A DNA stretch of 5,541 nucleotides, from positions 1-5,541 of IMG/VR virus record IMGVR_UViG_2579778899_000001; one strand, 5' to 3'. Below are positions 1-5,541 of the stretch, piece after piece. Both the position numbers and the translations under genes were made by a program. Under the pieces are notes generated by a model. It saw nothing but the letters and a program-made list of their open reading frames with translations, was not told the origin of the DNA and did no database searches. Positions within the stretch are counted from its first letter, which is position 1; each line of letters starts with the position of its first letter. Source of the DNA: a virus (Duplodnaviria; Heunggongvirae; Uroviricota; Caudoviricetes).

Positions 1-1
1 C

Positions 2-154
2 ATCAGCCTGATGCTGACCGAGCGAACGCTGGTCAGTGAGGTGGACGGCGCACTGCATGTGAAGAATATCCCGGAACCCCCGCCGCCGGAGCCGGTCACC
101 CGCCCGATGGAGCTTTATATCAATGGCGAACTGGTGAGCAAGTGGGATGAATGA
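2..154 (+). CDS. 3' end of a tail completion protein gene (gpR-like), 5'-truncated by the window edge
   Basis: Frame 2 is open from the window start to TGA at 152-154 (…PEPPPPEPVTRPMELYINGELVSKWDE*). High-GC codon usage matches the downstream structural genes. Its stop overlaps the start of the next gene (ATGAATGA), as expected for coupled late genes. Assignment to gpR rests on synteny with P2 (R precedes S), not on recognised sequence. Confidence 0.5.
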   Translation: MSLMLTERTLVSEVDGALHVKNIPEPPPPEPVTRPMELYINGELVSKWDE

Positions 155-599
155 GTTTAAGCGTTTTGAAGACCGGCTGACCGGACTGATTGAGTCGCTG
201 TCACCGTCAGGGCGTCGGCGGCTGAGTGCAGAGCTGGCGAAGCGTCTGCGGCAGAGTCAGCAGCGTCGGGTGATGGCACAGAAAGCCCCGGACGGCACAC
301 CCTACGCGCCACGCCAGCAGCAGAGCGCCAGAAAAAAGACCGGTCGTGTTAAGCGAAAAATGTTTGCGAAACTTATCACCAGTCGTTTTTTGCATATCCG
401 CGCCAGCCCGGAACAGGCATCAATGGAATTTTACGGCGGGAAGTCGCCGAAAATCGCCAGTGTGCATCAGTTCGGTCTGTCGGAAGAAACCCGGAAAGAC
501 GGTAAGAAAATTGATTATCCGGCGCGTCCTCTGCTCAGCTTTACCGGTGAGGATGTGCAGATGATTGAAGAGATTATCCTGACTCACCTTGAGCGTTAG
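147..599 (+). CDS. S: tail completion / virion morphogenesis protein gpS
   Basis: 150-aa ORF, the size I recall for P2 gpS. The basic N-terminal region (RRRLSAELAKRLRQSQQRRV) and overall sequence look like the P2 gpS family. The start overlaps the upstream stop by 8 nt. GC-rich coding composition. Confidence 0.8.
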   Translation: MNEFKRFEDRLTGLIESLSPSGRRRLSAELAKRLRQSQQRRVMAQKAPDGTPYAPRQQQSARKKTGRVKRKMFAKLITSRFLHIRASPEQASMEFYGGKSPKIASVHQFGLSEETRKDGKKIDYPARPLLSFTGEDVQMIEEIILTHLER

Positions 600-629
600 T
601 TTTATCCAGGCAGAGGCTGATGCGCAATT

Positions 630-664
630 AAACATTGAGCGGCCATGCTGGTCGCTCAATGTTT
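630..664. terminator. Perfect inverted repeat (12-bp stem AAACATTGAGCG / CGCTCAATGTTT, 11-nt loop) between convergent genes; candidate bidirectional terminator
   Basis: Read directly: 630-641 is the exact reverse complement of 653-664. It lies 31 nt past the gpS stop and 7 nt past the minus-strand cargo gene stop. T-runs follow on both strands (TTTAATT on minus, TTTATGAGTGATTTTTATTT on plus), but neither is a clean U-tract. Confidence 0.4.
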
Positions 665-670
665 AGAGGT

Positions 671-1456
671 TTATGAGTGATTTTTATTTGATGCTTTGTA
701 TTCTAAAACCTTCTTATTGGCGTAAAAGAATTTTGTATATGACAGGAATATAACCAGACCTGAAGTGAAATAGACGAGGGATAGTATTAATAATGCTTTT
801 TTGTGACTGTTATTATCTTTAATCTCCTGGCTTAACCATTCGGAGTCCTCCTCGTTTAGCTGTAAGAGCTTATTGCAGGCGATCTCAGGAAGTGTGTCTT
901 TTATAAATACGTTTTGCAGTCTCTTGCAATCGGCAAGGCTATAAGTTTTATTAAATTCAACTGCTTTATTTTTGAAGGATAAAAGAACTTTGTCACTATA
1001 AACATAGTACATCATGTTTTTATATGGTATGCCTATGGCATCCCTTACTATAACGGATTGTTCGTTGTGTATGTAACATGCGAGGAGAATGTAAAAAATA
1101 CTGGCCAGAATTACAATTATTGTTTTAATTATGTGTGGTGGTTTTGTTATGTCACCCCAGATGCGAGTAAGGAAAAAATACGATGTTTTTAGTTTTCCAT
1201 CAATCAGTCCCTGCTGTATCATTCTCACATTTTCAATGCCTGATACATTGATTCCATTAATTATTTTAAATAGTTGAATGTCGCGCCACTTGCGGTCAAG
1301 TCTTTTTAATTTTTTGTCTGAATATCCAAAATTGAAATAATGTGCAATAAGCCTCATAAGGTTACTTTTACCAAAGCTAAAAAATGCTAATACTGCAAAG
1401 CTACAAAGGAAAAAAACGATTAGCCCCCACACATTAGTCACATTATAGCTGACCAT
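671..1456 (-). CDS. hypothetical 261-aa integral membrane protein on an AT-rich cargo island in the S-V intergenic position (orf30-like position of P2); function unknown
   Basis: Uninterrupted 786-nt ORF filling the whole AT-rich island. Strong SD (AAGGAG) about 6 nt upstream of the ATG at 1456 on the minus strand. AT-biased codons with K/N/I/F/Y-rich protein. Three hydrophobic segments of about 20 aa (residues ~9-28, ~108-129, ~221-240; nt ~1373-1432, ~1070-1135, ~737-796) separated by Lys/Arg-rich loops. No catalytic motif recognised. Confidence 0.8.
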   Translation of the reverse strand: MVSYNVTNVWGLIVFFLCSFAVLAFFSFGKSNLMRLIAHYFNFGYSDKKLKRLDRKWRDIQLFKIINGINVSGIENVRMIQQGLIDGKLKTSYFFLTRIWGDITKPPHIIKTIIVILASIFYILLACYIHNEQSVIVRDAIGIPYKNMMYYVYSDKVLLSFKNKAVEFNKTYSLADCKRLQNVFIKDTLPEIACNKLLQLNEEDSEWLSQEIKDNNSHKKALLILSLVYFTSGLVIFLSYTKFFYANKKVLEYKASNKNHS

Positions 1457-1539
1457 TACGCTCTCCTTGAATGTTGTCTGGTAGTTCTACAAATGAATCC
1501 AGATAGCATAACTTTTATATATTGTGCAATCTCACATGC
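1457..1539. promoter_or_regulatory. 83-bp divergent control region between the cargo gene (-) and gpV (+); contains the cargo gene RBS and presumably the late tail-operon promoter (P_V equivalent)
   Basis: Cargo RBS (CTCCTT on plus = AAGGAG on minus) at 1462-1467. Candidate -10 TATATT at 1518-1523 on the plus strand upstream of the V ATG at 1540, with no good -35, as typical for activator-dependent late promoters. Imperfect TGT…ACA dyad at 1472-1491 (spacing 14 or 11, not the N12 I recall for Ogr-type sites). Minus-strand TTGCAC (-35-like, plus coordinates 1523-1528) could serve the cargo gene. All calls are by eye. Confidence 0.3.
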
Positions 1540-2181
1540 ATGAACACTCTCGCAAATATTCAGGAACTCGCGCGCGCACTGCGCAACATGATTCGCACCG
1601 GCATTATCGTCGAAACCGACCTTAACGCCGGTCGCTGCCGTGTGCAGACCGGCGGCATGTGCACTGACTGGCTTCAGTGGCTGACCCATCGTGCCGGTCG
1701 TTCGCGCACATGGTGGGCACCTTCCGTGGGGGAGCAGGTGCTGATTCTGGCCGTGGGCGGTGAACTCGACACGGCGTTCGTTCTGCCGGGGATTTATTCC
1801 GGCGATAACCCCGCGCCGTCTGCGTCGGCGGATGCCCTGCATATCCGTTTCCCTGACGGGGCGGTGATTGAATATGAACCCGAAACCAGTGCACTCACGG
1901 TAAGCGGAATTAAAACAGCCAGCGTGACGGCTTCTGATTCTGTTACTGCCACGGTGCCGGTGGTCATGGTGAAAGCATCAACCCGCGTCACCCTGGACAC
2001 ACCGGAGGTGGTCTGCACCAACAGGCTGATTACCGGCACGCTGGAAGTGCAGAAGGGCGGGAAGATGCACGGCAACATCGAGCATACCGACGGGAAATTC
2101 ACTTCTAACGGCGTTCAGGTGGATGACCACGGTCACGGTGGTGTTAAGTCAGGTGACAACTGGACGCAGGGGACAAAATGA
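1540..2181 (+). CDS. V: baseplate central spike protein gpV
   Basis: The ORF track opens at a TTG at 1522; the first ATG is at 1540 (MNTLANIQELARAL…), giving 213 aa, close to the ~211 aa I recall for P2 gpV. His-rich C-terminal apex (…HGNIEHTDG…DDHGHGG…) is typical of spike tips. The stop overlaps the W start (ATGA). Confidence 0.8.
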   Translation: MNTLANIQELARALRNMIRTGIIVETDLNAGRCRVQTGGMCTDWLQWLTHRAGRSRTWWAPSVGEQVLILAVGGELDTAFVLPGIYSGDNPAPSASADALHIRFPDGAVIEYEPETSALTVSGIKTASVTASDSVTATVPVVMVKASTRVTLDTPEVVCTNRLITGTLEVQKGGKMHGNIEHTDGKFTSNGVQVDDHGHGGVKSGDNWTQGTK

Positions 2182-2525
2182 CAGCGCGTTATCTCGGAAT
2201 GAATCGCAGTGATGGCCTGACTGTCACTGACCTTGAGCATATCAGCCAGAGTATCGGCGATATCCTGCGCACGCCGGTCGGCTCACGGGTGATGCGTCGT
2301 GATTACGGCTCGTTGCTGGCGTCAATGATTGACCAGCCGCAGACCCCGGCGCTTGAGTTGCAGATTAAGGTCGCCTGTTACATGGCGGTGCTGAAATGGG
2401 AACCCCGCGTCACCCTGTCATCCGTTACCACGGCGCGCAGCTTTGACGGGCGAATGACGGTCACGTTAACCGGCCAGCACAACGACACCGGCCAGCCACT
2501 TTCATTAACCATCCCTGTGAGTTGA
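2178..2525 (+). CDS. W: baseplate wedge protein gpW (T4 gp25-like)
   Basis: 115 aa, the size I recall for P2 gpW. SD AGGGGA 4 nt upstream of the ATG. Position immediately after V and before J. Sequence looks like the GPW/gp25 family. Confidence 0.8.
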   Translation: MTARYLGMNRSDGLTVTDLEHISQSIGDILRTPVGSRVMRRDYGSLLASMIDQPQTPALELQIKVACYMAVLKWEPRVTLSSVTTARSFDGRMTVTLTGQHNDTGQPLSLTIPVS

Positions 2526-2529
2526 AACC

Positions 2530-3438
2530 ATGCCGATTATCGACCTGAACCAGCTACCCGCACCGGATGTGGTCGAGGAGCTGGACTTTGAAACCATTCT
2601 TGCCGAACGCAAGGCGACACTGATTTCCCTTTACCCGGAAGACCAGCAGGAGGCGGTCGCCCGTACCCTGACGCTGGAATCCGAGCCTCTCGTCAAACTG
2701 CTGGAGGAAAATGCGTATCGCGAGCTTATCTGGCGTCAGCGTGTGAATGAGGCTGCACGGGCGGTGATGCTGGCCTGTGCAGCCGGTAATGACCTTGATG
2801 TGATTGGTGCCAATTACAACACCACGCGCCTGACTATCACCCCGGCAGATGATTCGACTATCCCGCCGACACCGGCAGTGATGGAGTCTGACACCGATTA
2901 TCGTCTGCGTATTCAGCAGGCGTTTGAAGGCTTAAGCGTCGCCGGGTCGGTGGGAGCCTATCAGTATCATGGTCGCAGTGCCGACGGGCGTGTCGCGGAT
3001 ATCTCTGTCACCAGTCCGTCTCCGGCCTGTGTCACCATCTCTGTGCTGTCACGTGAAAATAACGGTGTGGCATCTGAAGACCTGCTGGCTGTGGTGCGCA
3101 ACGCCCTGAATGGCGAGGACGTCAGACCGGTGGCCGACCGTGTGACCGTGCAGTCTGCCGCCATCGTTGAATACCAGATAAATGCCATGCTTTACCTTTA
3201 CCCTGGCCCCAAAAGCGAGCCCATTCGCGCTGCCGCCGTGAAAAAACTGGAAGCGTATATCACGGCACAGCACCGGCTGGGGCGCGACATCCGACTGTCT
3301 GCCATTTATGCCGCTTTGCATGTGGAAGGCGTGCAGCGTGTCGAACTGGCTGCACCGCTGGCCGACATCGTGCTCAACAGTACGCAGGCGTCTTTCTGTA
3401 CCGAATACCGCGTCGTGACCGGAGGCTCGGATGAGTGA
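2530..3438 (+). CDS. J: baseplate assembly protein gpJ (T4 gp6-like)
   Basis: 302 aa, the size I recall for P2 gpJ. Starts 4 nt after the W stop. Its stop overlaps the I start (ATGAGTGA). Confidence 0.8.
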   Translation: MPIIDLNQLPAPDVVEELDFETILAERKATLISLYPEDQQEAVARTLTLESEPLVKLLEENAYRELIWRQRVNEAARAVMLACAAGNDLDVIGANYNTTRLTITPADDSTIPPTPAVMESDTDYRLRIQQAFEGLSVAGSVGAYQYHGRSADGRVADISVTSPSPACVTISVLSRENNGVASEDLLAVVRNALNGEDVRPVADRVTVQSAAIVEYQINAMLYLYPGPKSEPIRAAAVKKLEAYITAQHRLGRDIRLSAIYAALHVEGVQRVELAAPLADIVLNSTQASFCTEYRVVTGGSDE

Positions 3439-3961
3439 TTCGCGCCTGCTGCCGACCGGCTCATCACCGCTTGAAGTCGCCGCTGCAAAAGCCTGTGCGG
3501 AAATTGAAAAAACGCCGGTCAGTATTCGTGAGCTGTGGAACCCGGACACCTGCCCGGCAAATCTGCTGCCGTGGCTGGCGTGGGCGTTTTCGGTCGACAG
3601 ATGGGATGAAAAGTGGCCGGAAGCGACCAAACGCGCCGTTATTCGCGATGCCTATTTCATCCACTGTCATAAAGGCACTATAGGTGCAATCCGGCGTGTG
3701 GTGGAGCCGCTGGGCTATCTCATCAACGTGACGGAGTGGTGGGAAACCAGTGACCCGCCCGGCACCTTCCGGCTTGATATTGGTGTACTGGAAAGCGGTA
3801 TCACAGAGGCAATGTATCAGGAAATGGAACGGCTGATTGCTGATGCCAAACCTGCAAGCCGCCACCTTATTGGCCTGAACATTACCCGGGACATTCCCGG
3901 CTACCTGTTCGTCGGTGGTGTGGCTTATGACGGCGATGTAATTACGGTTTACCCCGGATAA
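3431..3961 (+). CDS. I: baseplate/tail protein gpI
   Basis: 176 aa, the size I recall for P2 gpI. Start overlaps the J stop by 8 nt. Conserved position between J and the tail-fibre gene. Confidence 0.8.
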   Translation: MSDSRLLPTGSSPLEVAAAKACAEIEKTPVSIRELWNPDTCPANLLPWLAWAFSVDRWDEKWPEATKRAVIRDAYFIHCHKGTIGAIRRVVEPLGYLINVTEWWETSDPPGTFRLDIGVLESGITEAMYQEMERLIADAKPASRHLIGLNITRDIPGYLFVGGVAYDGDVITVYPG

Positions 3962-3971
3962 GTGAGGAATA

Positions 3972-5531
3972 ATGAGCACAAAATTCAAAACCGTTATCAC
4001 CACTGCCGGTGCAGCAAAGCTGGCAGCGGCAACCGCACCGGGAGGGCGGAAGGTCAACATTACCACGATGGCCGTCGGGGATGGCGGTGGTAAATTGCCT
4101 GTCCCGGATGCCGGACAGACCGGGCTTATCCACGAAGTCTGGCGACATGCGCTGAACAAAATCAGCCAGGACAAACGAAACAGTAATTATATTATCGCAG
4201 AGCTGGTTATTCCGCCGGAGGTGGGCGGTTTCTGGATGCGTGAACTTGGCCTGTACGATGATGCGGGAACGCTAATTGCCGTGGCGAACATGGCCGAAAG
4301 TTATAAGCCAGCCCTTGCCGAAGGCTCAGGGCGTTCGCAGACCTGCCGCATGGTCATCATCGTCAGCAGTGTGGCCTCAGTGGAGCTGACCATTGACACC
4401 ACAACGGTGATGGCAACGCAGGATTACGTTGATGACAAAATTGCAGAACATGAACAGTCACGACGTCACCCTGACGCCTCGCTGACCGCAAAAGGTTTTA
4501 CTCAGTTAAGCAGTGCGACCAACAGCACGTCTGAAACACTGGCCGCAACGCCGAAAGCGGTAAAGGCCGCGTATGACCTTGCTAACGGGAAATATACCGC
4601 ACAGGACGCCACCATAGCGCGAAAAGGCCTTGTCCAGCTCAGTAGTGCGACCAACAGCACGTCTGAAACGCTCGCCGCAACACCAAAAGCCGTTAAGACG
4701 GTAATGGATGAAACGAACAAGAAAGCGCCATTAAACAGCCCTGCACTGACCGGAACGCCAACGACGCCAACTGCGCGACAGGGAACGAATAATACTCAGA
4801 TCGCAAACACGGCTTTCGTTATGGCCGCGATTGCCGCCCTTGTAGACTCGTCGCCTGACGCACTGAATACGCTGAACGAGCTGGCGGCGGCGCTGGGCAA
4901 TGACCCGAATTTTGCTACCACCATGACTAATGCGCTTGCGGGTAAGCAACCGAAAGATGCCACTTTGACGGCGCTGGCGGGGCTTGCTACTGCGGCAGAC
5001 AGGTTTCCGTATTTTACGGGGAATGATGTTGCCAGCCTGGCGACCCTGACAAAAGTCGGGCGGGATATTCTGGCTAAATCGACCGTTGCCGCCGTTATCG
5101 AATATCTCGGTTTACAGGAAACGGTAAACCGAGCCGGGAACGCCGTGCAAAAAAATGGCGATACCTTGTCCGGTGGACTTACTTTTGAAAACGACTCAAT
5201 CCTTGCCTGGATTCGAAATACTGACTGGGCGAAGATTGGATTTAAAAATGATGCCGATGGTGACACTGATTCATACATGTGGTTTGAAACGGGGGATAAC
5301 GGCAATGAATATTTCAAATGGAGAAGTCGCCAGAGCACCACAACAAAAGACCTGATGAATCTTAAATGGGATGCTCTGTATGTTCTTGTTAAAGCCCTTT
5401 TCAGCAGTGAAGTAAAAATATCTACAGTCAATGCGCTGAGGATATTTAATTCATCTTTTGGTGCTATTTTTCGCCGTTTGCGTATTTTCATGAAAGGAGA
5501 TCACTCAATAACTTCCATCGAGATCGGGTAA
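3972..5531 (+). CDS. H: tail fibre protein gpH-like (519 aa), with a compositionally distinct low-GC C-terminal portion
   Basis: SD GAGGA upstream of the ATG at 3972. Two copies of the tail-fibre repeat motif QLSSATNSTSETLAATPKAVK. Ala/Thr/Asn-rich shaft-like sequence. A conserved-looking block (WAKIGFKNDADGDTDSYMWFETGDNGNEYFKW) is followed by an AT-rich terminal segment. Shorter than the ~669 aa I recall for P2 H. Confidence 0.75.
   Translation: MSTKFKTVITTAGAAKLAAATAPGGRKVNITTMAVGDGGGKLPVPDAGQTGLIHEVWRHALNKISQDKRNSNYIIAELVIPPEVGGFWMRELGLYDDAGTLIAVANMAESYKPALAEGSGRSQTCRMVIIVSSVASVELTIDTTTVMATQDYVDDKIAEHEQSRRHPDASLTAKGFTQLSSATNSTSETLAATPKAVKAAYDLANGKYTAQDATIARKGLVQLSSATNSTSETLAATPKAVKTVMDETNKKAPLNSPALTGTPTTPTARQGTNNTQIANTAFVMAAIAALVDSSPDALNTLNELAAALGNDPNFATTMTNALAGKQPKDATLTALAGLATAADRFPYFTGNDVASLATLTKVGRDILAKSTVAAVIEYLGLQETVNRAGNAVQKNGDTLSGGLTFENDSILAWIRNTDWAKIGFKNDADGDTDSYMWFETGDNGNEYFKWRSRQSTTTKDLMNLKWDALYVLVKALFSSEVKISTVNALRIFNSSFGAIFRRLRIFMKGDHSITSIEIG
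4505..4697 (+). repeat. Imperfect direct repeat (about 60 nt per copy, 132-nt period) inside the tail-fibre gene, encoding two identical 19-aa fibre-repeat motifs
   Basis: Copies at ~4505-4565 and ~4637-4697 (AGTGCGACCAACAGCACGTCTGAAAC…). Amino-acid sequence is identical (SSATNSTSETLAATPKAVK), with mostly synonymous nucleotide differences. Confidence 0.7.
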
Positions 5532-5541
5532 TAACATTTGA

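Noticed and set aside
207-659. Alternative-frame and antisense ORFs overlapping gpS (207..395 -, 346..564 +, 420..659 -)
   Set aside because: They overlap the well-supported gpS frame, with Cys/Arg-rich improbable products. Treated as chance ORFs.
1522-1539. ORF-track start of the gpV ORF at 1522 (a TTG codon, giving MCNLTC…)
   Set aside because: An in-frame ATG at 1540 gives a product closer to the expected gpV length and a canonical N-terminus (MNTLANIQ…). The TTG extension would also eat into the presumed promoter region. Kept as an alternative only.
600-1539. Transposon or IS origin of the AT-rich island (terminal inverted repeats, target-site duplication)
   Set aside because: No transposase-like ORF and no matching terminal inverted repeats. 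The only shared flank motif (ATGTT near 659 and 1471) is too short to be meaningful. The 12-bp palindrome at 630-664 is a local hairpin, not paired island ends.
1456-2102. Minus-strand ORFs antisense to gpV (1456..1842, 1622..1894, 1794..2102)
   Set aside because: They lie wholly within the high-GC gpV gene on the opposite strand, with Arg/Pro/Ala-rich translations typical of antisense frames in GC-rich coding DNA, and no RBS or partner genes.
2967-4174. Minus-strand ORFs antisense to gpJ/gpI/gpH (2967..3188, 3049..3630, 3306..3488, 3464..4174, 3942..4148)
   Set aside because: Same reasoning: antisense frames inside tightly coupled structural genes, with low-complexity Arg/Ala/Ser-rich products. 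The sense-strand genes account for the sequence.
5155-5355. Small + strand ORF (66 aa) in an alternative frame within the 3' part of gpH
   Set aside because: It is embedded in the longer H reading frame and lacks a credible RBS. Most likely a chance ORF in the AT-richer segment.
4502-5491. Minus-strand ORFs inside the tail-fibre gene (4502..4720, 4731..4949, 4796..5491), one carrying an internal repeat
   Set aside because: The internal repeat is just the mirror of the sense-strand fibre repeat. The translations are Ala/Ser/Val-rich antisense artefacts with no independent start signals.
5100-5541. Possible Gin/Hin/Pin-type inversion crossover site (26-bp gix/hix-like) at the constant/variable junction of the tail-fibre gene
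   Set aside because: Looked for the characteristic half-sites (TTATC…AAACC / GGTTT…GATAA). Only loose fragments such as GGTTTGAAAC…GGATAAC were seen, not a convincing site. An invertase gene, if present, would be outside the window.
1-5541. CRISPR arrays, tRNA or rRNA genes, integrase or att sites
   Set aside because: No regularly spaced direct repeats, no cloverleaf-like or rRNA-like sequence, and no integrase-like ORF were seen. The window is internal to the prophage structural region.

Overview
This window is a P2-like (Peduovirus-type) phage late tail/baseplate gene block on the + strand: the 3' end of a gpR-like gene, then gpS, gpV, gpW, gpJ, gpI and a gpH tail-fibre gene. Gene order, sizes and start/stop overlaps match P2, but all identifications are from memory of the family, not from alignment. 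The block is interrupted between S and V by a roughly 0.85 kb AT-rich island (about one-third GC by eye, against well over half in the flanks). The island carries a single minus-strand gene for a 261-aa protein with three predicted transmembrane segments and no motif I can recognise. It is convergent with S across a perfect 12-bp-stem hairpin and divergent from V across an 83-bp control region. This cargo gene sits at the S-V position where, to my recollection, P2 carries the uncharacterised AT-rich moron orf30. It is the best candidate for an undescribed accessory function, most plausibly a membrane-acting superinfection-exclusion or abortive-infection protein, but that is inference only. Second point of interest: the tail-fibre gene drifts to low GC over its last ~400 bp and ends at 519 codons, shorter than I recall for P2 H, which suggests a mosaic or remodelled receptor-binding end. 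No tRNA, rRNA, CRISPR array or recognisable IS element was seen.
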